Below, piece after piece: positions 46,119-55,155 of a stretch of DNA of 64,000 bases. Both the position numbers and the translations under genes were made by a program. Under the pieces are notes generated by a model. It saw only the letters and a program-made list of their open reading frames with translations. It made no database searches and was not told the DNA's origin. The DNA comes from an uncultured Candidatus Saccharibacteria bacterium (GTDB taxonomy: Bacteria; Patescibacteriota; Saccharimonadia; Saccharimonadales; Saccharimonadaceae). Every line of letters starts with the position of its first letter. Position 1 is the stretch's first letter. Location: NCBI GenBank assembly GCA_964556125.1, contig CAZKUW010000002.1, positions 37,380 to 101,379 on the forward strand, written 5' to 3'.

Positions 46119-46589
46119 ATGAATAATAGTGAACATATTCCACCAAAAGCTGTCGAAGATATAGATAAAGCAAGAGCCATGGCTCAAGCAGAAGATGCGG
46201 GCAGATCTAGCGCTGCAATTGATAAAGCTGCGATAGAGATCGTAGAAGAATCTTGGCAGAACGACAAACATGTCCAGTTTATAGATGCAGCAGCGAGTGC
46301 AGCTGAAGCTCTCAGTCGAGATCAAGGCTATCCACGAAAATGGCAAGAAGAGCGACACCTCCAAGGGACCCGAAGAGCTGCCAATGCGTGGGAGACAGGT
46401 CTCGAACGTAATGCAACTGTACTGGAATCCAAACACGCTGTTGAGTTTGTTACCGACAGTGCACTTTCTGAGTTAGAGCGCTCAGCGAAACGACATGCTC
46501 GACAGGCCGATAAAGCAGGTAGGTTAGCGGCCCGAGCTTACGACAAAGACCAGAAACGTCAATCTAATGAGAGCGATATAGCTGCTTAA
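46119..46589 (+). CDS. hypothetical protein (156 aa, charged, Ala-rich)
   Basis: ORF only. No family recognised. Confidence 0.45.
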   Translation: MNNSEHIPPKAVEDIDKARAMAQAEDAGRSSAAIDKAAIEIVEESWQNDKHVQFIDAAASAAEALSRDQGYPRKWQEERHLQGTRRAANAWETGLERNATVLESKHAVEFVTDSALSELERSAKRHARQADKAGRLAARAYDKDQKRQSNESDIAA

Positions 46590-46623
46590 GTGCCCCGAAC
46601 GAGCTACCAAAAGTAACTGACAT

Positions 46624-46656
46624 AAAAATAGATCGCATAGTATGTGATCTATTTTT
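46624..46656. terminator. bidirectional terminator at the distal end of the tRNA-Gln islet
   Basis: AAAAATAGATC-gcatagtatgt-GATCTATTTTT. Confidence 0.75.
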
Positions 46657-46669
46657 ATATATGAATTCT

Positions 46670-46685
46670 TGGCTGGGGATATGGG
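46670..46685. repeat. direct repeat of the tRNA-Gln 3' end (att-like, distal copy)
   Basis: TGGCTGGGGATaTGGG here against TGGCTGGGGATgAGGG at 49176-49191: the first 11 nt are identical and 14 of 16 match overall. Confidence 0.6.
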
Positions 46686-46723
46686 TCTAGTACCTAAAAT
46701 GAGACGAATGAGATACGGTAGGG

Positions 46724-47395
46724 CTACTCCCATCCCCATTTTTTCGGCAGTGTAGGGTCGACATCACTTTCAAGCAGCACGGTAACTCGTGCAAGCCCTT
46801 CCGGACTTAATGGATATTCGTAAGGCATAGGATCAACTGTGACTCCGTAAAGGCCGTGGGCCACTGCGACCAAATCGTGAACCTTGATAAGTGCACGCCT
46901 GATCGCAACCAGTACATCTTCACTAATACTAATTTCTTTGATCCAATACTTTCGCCACACCCCATACTGCTCGTCGAGAGCGGAGTGACCCGGATCAAGG
47001 AATATGCGACCGGCTTTACTCTTTGTCCAACGTTCAAGTATCTCCACGCTATGAAGATCTCCGCGAACCTCATGACTAAAAGCCAGCTTTAGACGACGTC
47101 CACGGTAAAGCCCTACATCGATCTTACTTCCATCGAAGATAGCTTTTTGATGGAGCGTTACATTACGAGCACCCTTTACAGCACCGAGCCACGGATCATC
47201 TTTAAATGGTTCACGAGCCTGGTTCCACTTAACCACATCTCCTTTTTTCTCGATCTCTTTTTGTAGAAACGTTTCTACTGAGTTAACGGAGGTAAGTAAT
47301 GCATTTAGGTTATACCTGAAAGCGCGCGGATCATGGTATTCGCGTTCTAGACGTTCGGCATTATGAAAACACTCCATGAGCCGATCCTCGCTCAT
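46724..47395 (-). CDS. hypothetical protein (223 aa), third gene of the islet operon
   Basis: ORF co-oriented with the Shedu-like gene. No family recognised. Confidence 0.55.
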   Translation of the reverse strand: MSEDRLMECFHNAERLEREYHDPRAFRYNLNALLTSVNSVETFLQKEIEKKGDVVKWNQAREPFKDDPWLGAVKGARNVTLHQKAIFDGSKIDVGLYRGRRLKLAFSHEVRGDLHSVEILERWTKSKAGRIFLDPGHSALDEQYGVWRKYWIKEISISEDVLVAIRRALIKVHDLVAVAHGLYGVTVDPMPYEYPLSPEGLARVTVLLESDVDPTLPKKWGWE

Positions 47396-47443
47396 TGGTA
47401 TAGGACAGGAGACTTCATCTTCACATAGTTGGCAAGAAGTAAT

Positions 47444-47788
47444 TTAGAAACCTCCTGTTAGCTGATCGCTCGGCTTAACACACTTTTCGTGAACATCCAG
47501 GACTGGATATCGCTTTTTTGTCCAAGCAACATACAGTGGATGAACTTCGTAATCTATTTTGTCCTCAAGTGCCCATGAGCCTTCGCCCTGATGAATTAAT
47601 TCACCGCATTTTGCACAAACTCGATGATTATGAAACCAATGAAAGTGCATGCCTTCACGTTCTGCTTCCTTTTTTAAATTTGGAGCTTTTTCAAAGAAAT
47701 CAGGATCGTTCAATCGAACCCTGATAACTATATCTTTGTCACAATATTCGCAACGTTTAACTACCTGATAAACAGTCCTCAAAAACAT
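47444..47788 (-). CDS. small zinc-ribbon protein (114 aa; CxxC...CxxC, His-rich)
   Basis: The start is placed at ATG 47788, 1 nt after the upstream stop. CEYCDK...HFHWFHNHRVCAKCGELIH. The HNH-like resemblance is weak. Confidence 0.5.
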   Translation of the reverse strand: MFLRTVYQVVKRCEYCDKDIVIRVRLNDPDFFEKAPNLKKEAEREGMHFHWFHNHRVCAKCGELIHQGEGSWALEDKIDYEVHPLYVAWTKKRYPVLDVHEKCVKPSDQLTGGF

Positions 47789-47789
47789 T

Positions 47790-49118
47790 TCATTCCTGGC
47801 CGATACCCAAAGACACTTCAAGGTAACTAACGTAATTCTCTAAATTCTTGATTAACTCATCAAAAAGAACGATATCTATGTTGCTATAAGTTGTCTTGAG
47901 CTTCTTAATCTCTTTTTCAAGCCGCGCGGTTAATTCATCGTCAGCAGCGTCTGAAGTAATATGGTCTCTTGAGGAGATGATTAATATGCCTCTAGGTCGA
48001 TAGATCTTATCATTTTCAATAAGCGATTTCGTATAATCGTCCTTAATCTTGGATGTATCAATATTTTCCATGCGCATATCCATATACTTATTGAGCTGGA
48101 AAATAGATTTGTTTAATTCACTGGACGGATAGTAGGAGTCACGTCCAGTTTCTTTTCGGAATAGAATTGCTCGATGTGTCTTTATTTCAATGATATCCAC
48201 ATTGTTATAAATATCCACTGCCAAGAAGTCTGGTCGGGTTTCCTTGTCGTAGCCTTTCATAGGCTTGAATACAGTTTGTGGGTAAAACTCTTTATAACTC
48301 ATTAACAAAACTCGGAGGTATTTCTCAAAATACAATTGCCAGCATGACTCAAGAGTCTTACGCTCCTCGCCAAGAACTTTTTTGGAGATGGATTTTATTT
48401 TTGTTTTATTACCAGTCAACTCAAGGAGTTCTCTGCCAATCTTAATGATTTCTCGAATACTTTCTTTATACAGAGGGAGTGTTTCACTCAGAGTAAGCTT
48501 ATATGCGCCCTCTTTGATCTGGTCATCCATAAAATTCTTAATGAATGTTCTGTCACCTTTACTTAGGGTAAGATACTTACCCTCAAACCCCTTAACAACG
48601 TAGCCAACATTGGCGAAAATGGCGGATGTATCGATGTCGGAACTATCGGTAGCATTAAATTTGTCGCGAACTATCTTCGAAGTTTTTGTCCGAATTTTTT
48701 TTACTTTATTTAAGTGATCGAGATAATTGTCGTATTTGGCCATATCAATCACCGTTACATCAGCAACTTCATATCCGGCTGGGATACTGGTAATAAAGCT
48801 CAGATAAGGATTCTGAATTGCTTGCAGCTCAGAAAATTCTTTTAGCTCCTTCTTTAGGGTAAAGTTTTCGAAAGATATGTATTTTTCATACTCGGATAAG
48901 TTACGCTTATCAAGAAAAGCGTGTGTGAAATATTCTGTCCTTTGAGCAATTTGGTCTCGAGTATTGCGTTGGCCGTTCTGATATACACTGTCCAGTCTAC
49001 GAACATTGTAGAGTTTCGCAACAACAGTATTTCCTTGATCGCTAAGTAGAGGAGACTCACCCCAGTTATTCTCAAAAGCTTCTGATTTTTCATGTAATTG
49101 CTCTTCGTTCATATTCAC
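47790..49118 (-). CDS. sduA: Shedu-like defence nuclease (DUF4263 / PD-(D/E)xK C-terminal domain)
   Basis: RPDFLAVDIYNNVDIIEIK (D...ExK), SIFQLNKY, RPRGILIISSRD and IDIVLFDELI match the DUF4263 pattern. The N-terminal half (about 270 aa) is unassigned. Confidence 0.7.
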   Translation of the reverse strand: MNMNEEQLHEKSEAFENNWGESPLLSDQGNTVVAKLYNVRRLDSVYQNGQRNTRDQIAQRTEYFTHAFLDKRNLSEYEKYISFENFTLKKELKEFSELQAIQNPYLSFITSIPAGYEVADVTVIDMAKYDNYLDHLNKVKKIRTKTSKIVRDKFNATDSSDIDTSAIFANVGYVVKGFEGKYLTLSKGDRTFIKNFMDDQIKEGAYKLTLSETLPLYKESIREIIKIGRELLELTGNKTKIKSISKKVLGEERKTLESCWQLYFEKYLRVLLMSYKEFYPQTVFKPMKGYDKETRPDFLAVDIYNNVDIIEIKTHRAILFRKETGRDSYYPSSELNKSIFQLNKYMDMRMENIDTSKIKDDYTKSLIENDKIYRPRGILIISSRDHITSDAADDELTARLEKEIKKLKTTYSNIDIVLFDELIKNLENYVSYLEVSLGIGQE

Positions 49119-49130
49119 ATTATACGACTA

Positions 49131-49157
49131 AAATCAAATGAGACCCCTATGGGTCTC
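49131..49157 (-). terminator. terminator downstream of tRNA-Gln
   Basis: Read on the minus strand: GAGACCC-atag-GGGTCTC followed by ATTTGATTT. Confidence 0.65.
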
Positions 49158-49175
49158 ATTTCTATGTGTCGCATC

Positions 49176-49191
49176 TGGCTGGGGATGAGGG
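49176..49191. repeat. att-like repeat, proximal copy (tRNA-Gln 3' end)
   Basis: TGGCTGGGGATGAGGG. See 46670-46685. Confidence 0.6.
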
Positions 49192-49249
49192 ATTCGAACC
49201 CCCGATATCGGGACCAGAACCCGGTGCCTTACCACTTGGCCAATCCCCA
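49176..49249 (-). tRNA. tRNA-Gln (anticodon CUG), CCA encoded
   Basis: TGGGGATTGGCCAAGTGGTAAGGCACCGGGTTCTGGTCCCGATATCGGGGGTTCGAATCCCTCATCCCCAGCCA. The 7-bp acceptor stem, the GGTTCGAATCC T-arm and the anticodon loop TTCTGGT fold by hand, and the sequence is close to E. coli tRNA-Gln. Confidence 0.9.
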
Positions 49250-49354
49250 GTATAGCGTCTTGCGACAGAGGTCATTATACCACGAAGGCTACAGAGAGGT
49301 GAACCATAAAAAAAGCAACTTGCGGTTATGGTTATATTTCGATAAACTTTAAGT

Positions 49355-50938
49355 ATGAATAGGCTGAGGCGGGGCTTTACATTAATAGAACTTATCGTAG
49401 TGATTGCCGTCATCGGCATCCTTGCGACTATTACTGTTGTCGGACTCTCTCGTTACCAAGCAGACACTCGTGATGCGCGAAGGACTTCGAGCGTCAGCGT
49501 TATCTCAGAAGCTCTCGAAAAATATTATGATCTGAATGGTGAATACCCGGGCTGTAATGCGTTGCAACAAAGCGGGGCAATTGTCGCTACAGACACGCTC
49601 AAAGGCATTAGTTCATCAACACTGGTCACTCCTCAAGCAGACAACAGTACTACGAACTCAATCAGCTGTACAACCGTCACGACAAACGGCACCGATATCA
49701 TCGAATATCAAGGTGATGGTAGTAGTACCTGTAGTTCAGGGACGTCATGTCTGTCTTATACACTGCGCTACAAAGAAGAGGGAACAGGCACAATTAAAGA
49801 GGTTAAGAGTCGACGAACAACAGACATTGCGACTTCTGGTGATTCGACAATCAGCCTGGGTAACGTCAGCTTTACTCGTATCGTCGTCCTATGGACTCCC
49901 GTTGCCAACGCTGCGTCATATGATCTCGAAACAAACGGTGTCATCTCTTCAGTAACGGGTGTATCCACTATCTTGACTGGTCTCCCGATGAATACTGGCT
50001 ACACTTTCAAAATTCGTCCAGTCGGATCTGGTGGAGCTGGTGCGTGGTCAAACGTCGTTAGCACAACGACTCTTAACCTTGCAGCCCCAGTAGTAACCGC
50101 TACGGGCAATACCGCAACGAATTACACCGCAGCATGGAGTCCTATCACAAATGCAACTGCATATAATGTCCAATGTTCGACCGACAACGTCACTTGGGGA
50201 ACTGGGTGTCAGCAAACAACCTCAAGTACCAGTTACACATTTACTAACGGTTCAATGGCGACTCGATACTATGTCCGTGCTCAGGCAATCAACACTACTG
50301 CTGCGGATGCTCCTCAGGCCGGAAACTGGTCGGCCTCAGCAAACACCTATACGACCGTGACCGCACCGGCAACTTACACCATATCTTCAAGCACCCCAGC
50401 ATGGAACACACTTCAGGCAACCAGTAATGCGGTCTGTACTGGAAGTTCTGTTCCACAATATGTATGGTACGCCAATGGATCGGTATGGGCCGGAGCGACA
50501 ACTCAAACCGTTACCTATACCCTGAGTTGGAACCAGAGCGTCACTTTGTCAGTCAACACTCGTTGTACTTTGAACGGTCAAAATAGTACCTACACCACCT
50601 CAACCAACACAGCTAGTCGATCACTCCCTGGTCCGACAGCATGGGCAGGAAACTGTGCTAGCCGTACCGCTTGTTGGGATGGAAGCTGTCCTGCAGGAAC
50701 AACCAGTGGCTACATTAACTGGCGGGTTAACTCGGCTGTACAAGGAAACCCGTGGGTCTCAAGTAACGCCGGAGTAGGGTATGGAACATGGGCTGCAACT
50801 GGTTCCACATGGGGAGATGGTGACGTACGGTCAACAACCTATTGTTCAGGTCCTTGGGGAACAGTCACTGCGAGCGGATGGGGTCCATTCGGCTCAGGGT
50901 GTGTCCCAACAATCGTATCGGGATGGTGTACTGTCTAA
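49355..50938 (+). CDS. giant type IV pilin-like protein with FN3-like repeat(s) and a Cys-rich C-terminal domain
   Basis: Prepilin signal MNRLRRG/FTLIELIVVIAVIGILA (Gly-1, Phe+1, Glu+5). FN3-like block SFTRIVVLWTPVANAASYDL...GYTFKIRPV. 527 aa. Confidence 0.85.
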   Translation: MNRLRRGFTLIELIVVIAVIGILATITVVGLSRYQADTRDARRTSSVSVISEALEKYYDLNGEYPGCNALQQSGAIVATDTLKGISSSTLVTPQADNSTTNSISCTTVTTNGTDIIEYQGDGSSTCSSGTSCLSYTLRYKEEGTGTIKEVKSRRTTDIATSGDSTISLGNVSFTRIVVLWTPVANAASYDLETNGVISSVTGVSTILTGLPMNTGYTFKIRPVGSGGAGAWSNVVSTTTLNLAAPVVTATGNTATNYTAAWSPITNATAYNVQCSTDNVTWGTGCQQTTSSTSYTFTNGSMATRYYVRAQAINTTAADAPQAGNWSASANTYTTVTAPATYTISSSTPAWNTLQATSNAVCTGSSVPQYVWYANGSVWAGATTQTVTYTLSWNQSVTLSVNTRCTLNGQNSTYTTSTNTASRSLPGPTAWAGNCASRTACWDGSCPAGTTSGYINWRVNSAVQGNPWVSSNAGVGYGTWAATGSTWGDGDVRSTTYCSGPWGTVTASGWGPFGSGCVPTIVSGWCTV

Positions 50939-51891
50939 TGTATCCTGAAACTCCACAGCAACCACCGGTTTCACTCTACCAGCCTCCAAAACCTTCCAAG
51001 AAGAAACCTTTGCTTATCATTATAAGTATTGTCATTGTCGTACTGATTGGAGCTGCGACAGTACTAGTGCTGATGAATTTGAAAAAAGAGACACCTGCCG
51101 CATCGACAGACACTAAAATCACCTTAAAAGAAGTTGATGCTCCTGAAATCATTATTAAAGACTACGTCAGTGCCTCGATTGGTACACGATCAACTGACTA
51201 TATCCAGCGCCAGGCAATTGCCAACGACGGAACGACGACACCTGTGGTCTCCTCAACGAAACAAAATGAACTGACGAGTCCTACGAACACCTTTATAAGC
51301 TACGATGAGAAGAGCTCATTTAGCACGATCATCCCTGTCACTGAATACGTTCAGTACGAACGAAAAGAAAAATCGACAAAAGAAAACTCGAGCGAAATTG
51401 TCGAGCAATCAAAGACATTTCTTAAAAACAAAGGACTCGTGAACACATCCACAGCAACAACGAAGAGTGGCGTTGTCTACACTAATTTCGATAGTACGAA
51501 CGTTTTCTGCCAAACAAGTGAAAATACTATCGACCCCGCATACCCAGCAACCTTTGGCATTGCTTGTGCGCTTAAGTCATTCATCTCGGACCGCTATAGC
51601 CAAATCAATACACTTCTAAAGTTGTCTCCAAGCGATAGCTCAGCCGCAAAGACAGTCACCATCGGATTAGATCTTACCGAAACAACCCAAAAACTCACCA
51701 CACTTGATGTCGTATTTGAAAGCAGTGCAAAAACACTTATCTTCGCATCTCAAAATAACGTCTGGGAGTATATCGGCGAACGACCAATTACGAATGCCGA
51801 CGACACTACTAGCTTCGTCCTTTCGGATACACTGAAAACAGCCGTTAACGATCCAAAATGGAACGGCTTCTTAGCGAAATATATTAAATAG
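50938..51891 (+). CDS. single-pass membrane protein coupled to pilin 1 (317 aa)
   Basis: The ATG overlaps the pilin stop (TAATG). A Pro-rich N-terminus is followed by the TM helix LLIIISIVIVVLIGAATVLVL. The track ORF is over-extended to 50842. Confidence 0.6.
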   Translation: MYPETPQQPPVSLYQPPKPSKKKPLLIIISIVIVVLIGAATVLVLMNLKKETPAASTDTKITLKEVDAPEIIIKDYVSASIGTRSTDYIQRQAIANDGTTTPVVSSTKQNELTSPTNTFISYDEKSSFSTIIPVTEYVQYERKEKSTKENSSEIVEQSKTFLKNKGLVNTSTATTKSGVVYTNFDSTNVFCQTSENTIDPAYPATFGIACALKSFISDRYSQINTLLKLSPSDSSAAKTVTIGLDLTETTQKLTTLDVVFESSAKTLIFASQNNVWEYIGERPITNADDTTSFVLSDTLKTAVNDPKWNGFLAKYIK

Positions 51892-53152
51892 TCTTTTCAG
51901 AATCTGTGGTATCGATGACTGTTTTTTTTACGTCAGCGGTTTCTTTTTGACGGTTAGCAAGAACGAGGAAGGGAATGGCGAGTGCTTGAACGACGCCAGA
52001 AATAGCGTAAGACATGGCATAGCCGTTTACTTCAGCAGCCTTACCGAGGGCGGGTTGCGAGACAACCCCTCCGCTTGACCCTAAGAGTGAGTCAAAAGAC
52101 AAAACAGTCGCACGCTGCTTGCTTGGAATAAGATCATTCAGATACGCCTGGCGGACAGGCATTGTCGCCGAACCAATCAATCCCCACAGAACGATCATCA
52201 AGATAACAAGGTAGAAGTTTGGCATAAAGTAGAGTGCTATTAAGATCAACGCACTCATACTTGTCCCGATAAGCAAAATAGTCGTTCGCTTTTTAAATAG
52301 TTTACGAATCGAAGGAACCAAGAGACCTCCGACTATTTGTGCGCCGGCAACGATGGCCGCGGCGAGACCTGCAATCCAATACGCCGTTTCATCACCATAA
52401 AGATTTAATAAGTATGGCTGAAGCGCATAAAAGACATAGACCATCACTCCACTAATGAACGGTGCTGAGAGCATCACCCAACGGACAGCCGGCTTGCCGA
52501 GTCCATAACGAATTGACGTCGAAAGAATCCGTTTAATCGCTTTCGAATACTTACTCCCTTTCTCAGGTGAAAAACCGAGGTCTCTCATGAACTTGAACGC
52601 AATAACGAAGGTAAGGATCAGTAATCCTGCTCGAACAAGATAAGGGACGCCTAGATTACTGAACTGTGCGATTAAACCACCGCCGACAGACCCGAGTAGC
52701 ATTGCTATACCACCAACGACCTGCGCCTTACCAAACACTGCCTCCAGTTGTCCCTTATACTTTGTGAATTTCAACGCATCGACGAGCCAAGCATCGGTCG
52801 CACCTGAGAAAAAAGTGAAGCCAAGACCCAAGAACAATGAAACAATCGCCCACAGAATAAATGGTGCTTGCACCCACGCAAGGACCAGATATAGCAACGT
52901 TGTGATAGCAAGCGTGAGCGTTCCCAGAAGATAGGAAAGGCGACGACCTTTTGAGTCGGCAATGACTCCAGTGGGGATCTCAAACAGCACCATTCCAGCG
53001 GTAAAGAAGGCATTCGCTGCAAATGCTTCGACAATACTTAATCCGGCCTCAAGAAGGAATAATGTGTTGATTCCCCAGATGAGAGAAGCGGCTAATGTAT
53101 TAAATAAGGTAAGCGTCAAATACGTGCGAATGATAGTTTTTGATCGTGACAT
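51884..53152 (-). CDS. MFS transporter
   Basis: 422 aa, about 12 TM helices, with an ADSKGRR loop motif between TM2 and TM3. Confidence 0.8.
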   Translation of the reverse strand: MSRSKTIIRTYLTLTLFNTLAASLIWGINTLFLLEAGLSIVEAFAANAFFTAGMVLFEIPTGVIADSKGRRLSYLLGTLTLAITTLLYLVLAWVQAPFILWAIVSLFLGLGFTFFSGATDAWLVDALKFTKYKGQLEAVFGKAQVVGGIAMLLGSVGGGLIAQFSNLGVPYLVRAGLLILTFVIAFKFMRDLGFSPEKGSKYSKAIKRILSTSIRYGLGKPAVRWVMLSAPFISGVMVYVFYALQPYLLNLYGDETAYWIAGLAAAIVAGAQIVGGLLVPSIRKLFKKRTTILLIGTSMSALILIALYFMPNFYLVILMIVLWGLIGSATMPVRQAYLNDLIPSKQRATVLSFDSLLGSSGGVVSQPALGKAAEVNGYAMSYAISGVVQALAIPFLVLANRQKETADVKKTVIDTTDSEKTI

Positions 53153-53188
53153 ATCCTAAGTATAGCCCAACCTTGGTATAATAACGGG

Positions 53189-54490
53189 ATGCCTAAAAAA
53201 AATTTGCCCATTGTCACCGCCACACTCGAAAAAATAGTCGGGGGTGGTCAAGCTATGGGGACCATGGAAGATGGTCGTAAACTGTTCGTCTGGGGAGGAC
53301 TTCCCGGTGAGACTGTTGAAGTACAACTGACAAAAAAGAAGTCAAAACTTGCCGAAGGCTACGTGACCTCTGTGATGAAAGCGAGCAAAGAACGTGTTGA
53401 ACCACGCGATCCCGAGAGCTTCCTTTCAACGAGCCCATGGCAGATCATGAGCCTCGAGACCGAGCAGACCTACAAAGCAGCACTTATTAAGGAGGCTTTT
53501 GACCTTCATAACGTCACACTTCCTAACGAAATCTCTCTTTTCACCAACGGACAAGAATATGAATACCGCAACAAAGTCGAATTCAGCTTTTGGGTTGATG
53601 CCGATACCCGCCAACTCGATCTCGCTTTCTTTCGGCGCGGCACTCATGGCAAGATTCCCATCACTGGCACTTCGCTTGCACATCCAGCGATTAATACAGC
53701 TGGCCAAGCGATTCGTGATCTCTTAATCAAAAAGGGGATTAGTGGGTTTGATCTGAAGACATTATTGATCCGTTGCGATGCAGAAGGAAATGTCGTTGCG
53801 CAACTCTATGTGAAAACAGAAGAATTCCGTCGCCCTTCAGATCAAGACCTTAAAGCGTTGCCGATTAAAGGATTTGAACTTATCTTTAGTAATCCGAAAA
53901 GTCCAGCTAGCGTGATCACGAAAACACTATTTAGTTGGGGAGACATCGTGCTCTCTGATACGATCCTAGACATTCCTTTCACTTATGCAACAGAAGGCTT
54001 TTTCCAGATCAATCTACCTGTCTACACTCAAGCCCTGATCGACATGAAAGAGTGGATCCCGGCTGAAAAGTCTGTAGTAGACCTATACAGTGGCGTCGGT
54101 TCAATTGGTCTGACGATTGGTGGTAAAAAAGTCACGCTCGTCGAGCTTAATGAGTCTGCCGTCCGAGAGATGAAAGAAAATATCACCGCTCTGAAGCGCA
54201 ATAGCGAAGCGACAGCGGTGCTTGCTGCAAGCGAAAAAGCTCTGGAGTACATTACTTCGAATGACACTATCATTGTCGATCCACCTCGTGCTGGTCTCCA
54301 CCAAGATGTCGTTGAACGTCTGCTTTCCGAGCTGCCAGAGCGTATTATTTATCTGTCGTGCAACCCGGTCACTCAAGCACGAGATGTCATGCTCCTAAAG
54401 GAACACTATGAGATCAAAGCCCACCAAGGTTATAACTTCTTCCCTCGCACTCCCCACATTGAAAATCTCGTTATTTTAGATAAAAAATAA
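53189..54490 (+). CDS. RNA (uracil-5-)-methyltransferase, RumA/TrmA family
   Basis: An N-terminal TRAM-like domain, then DLYSGVGSIGL, VDPPRAGL and YLSCNP. Confidence 0.8.
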   Translation: MPKKNLPIVTATLEKIVGGGQAMGTMEDGRKLFVWGGLPGETVEVQLTKKKSKLAEGYVTSVMKASKERVEPRDPESFLSTSPWQIMSLETEQTYKAALIKEAFDLHNVTLPNEISLFTNGQEYEYRNKVEFSFWVDADTRQLDLAFFRRGTHGKIPITGTSLAHPAINTAGQAIRDLLIKKGISGFDLKTLLIRCDAEGNVVAQLYVKTEEFRRPSDQDLKALPIKGFELIFSNPKSPASVITKTLFSWGDIVLSDTILDIPFTYATEGFFQINLPVYTQALIDMKEWIPAEKSVVDLYSGVGSIGLTIGGKKVTLVELNESAVREMKENITALKRNSEATAVLAASEKALEYITSNDTIIVDPPRAGLHQDVVERLLSELPERIIYLSCNPVTQARDVMLLKEHYEIKAHQGYNFFPRTPHIENLVILDKK

Positions 54491-54519
54491 ACCCACCAAT
54501 CGGTGAGTGTTGTGACGAG

Positions 54520-54560
54520 GCGCGCAGCCTGAGCGGGCCCGAAGGCCCACCCAGACGCGC
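54520..54560 (-). terminator. GC-rich nested hairpin after islet H
   Basis: GCGCG...GGGCC-cgaa-GGCCC...CGCGC. A T-run occurs only further downstream (54481-54491 on the minus strand). Confidence 0.4.
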
Positions 54561-54564
54561 ACCT

Positions 54565-54927
54565 CTAGAGGGGGTGAGACTGCTTCTCATGCTCGATCTT
54601 GTGCTGGATCAGTCCCTTGATGATGTCCACGAACGCGAACAGCACCATGGCCCAGACCACGAACACGAGGACAGCCTCGATGAACGTGAGCCAGATGACA
54701 GCGTCGTTGACGTCGTCGCGACGGATGAAGTTGGCGAACGCGACGTACACGTCGAGATCCTTCATCTGCGCTCCGAGCCAGACAGCGCCGAGCATGGCGA
54801 TCCATCCGAAGATGGGGATGACGAGATGCAACGAGTGCGTCATGCGTCCCCAGATCGTCAGGCCGATCAGCAGGAAGCCAGCGAACAGCGCCAGCTTCGT
54901 TGCCCCTACAATCCACGCCGGGTCCAT
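54565..54927 (-). CDS. GC-rich islet H: small three-TM membrane protein (120 aa)
   Basis: AGGAGG RBS 4 nt before the ATG. GC3-rich codons. TM helices ATKLALFAGFLLIGLTIW, LVIPIFGWIAMLGAVWLGA and VIWLTFIEAVLVFVVWAMVLFAFV. Confidence 0.7.
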   Translation of the reverse strand: MDPAWIVGATKLALFAGFLLIGLTIWGRMTHSLHLVIPIFGWIAMLGAVWLGAQMKDLDVYVAFANFIRRDDVNDAVIWLTFIEAVLVFVVWAMVLFAFVDIIKGLIQHKIEHEKQSHPL

Positions 54928-54964
54928 AGCTCCTCCTTAGGGGTAGTGGTGGTCGTGTAAATAT

Positions 54965-54993
54965 ATTATAGCATAAATACTTTGAAAATTCAA
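54965..54993 (-). promoter_or_regulatory. promoter of islet H (TTGAAT-17 bp-TGcTATAAT)
   Basis: Read on the minus strand: TTGAAT, a 17-nt spacer ending in TGC, then TATAAT. Confidence 0.6.
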
Positions 54994-55155
54994 TATGTGG
55001 TGGACAAATAATCGAGCTTGTGCTACAATAACTCCATTGCATCCGAATGGATACCGTCTCTATCTCATCAGAATAGATATCAAAAGGTTCTCGCTGTTCG
55101 TCTGCAGCGCAATCATATCTACTAACATGCCCCGAAGAGGGGAGACAGGACTTTA

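Larger units (their letters stand above)
46670..49191. mobile_element. 2.5-kb low-GC islet inserted at the tRNA-Gln 3' end (no integrase present)
   Basis: Bounded by the att-like direct repeat. It contains exactly one three-gene minus-strand operon. A hand count of 48001-48060 gave 18/60 G+C. Confidence 0.55.

Noticed and set aside
47444-47788. Calling the small zinc-ribbon protein of the Shedu islet an HNH endonuclease
   Set aside because: It has CxxC...HFHWFHNH..CxxC..H, but the spacing between the putative catalytic His and Asn is far shorter than in beta-beta-alpha-Me nucleases. It is kept as a zinc-ribbon protein of unknown function.
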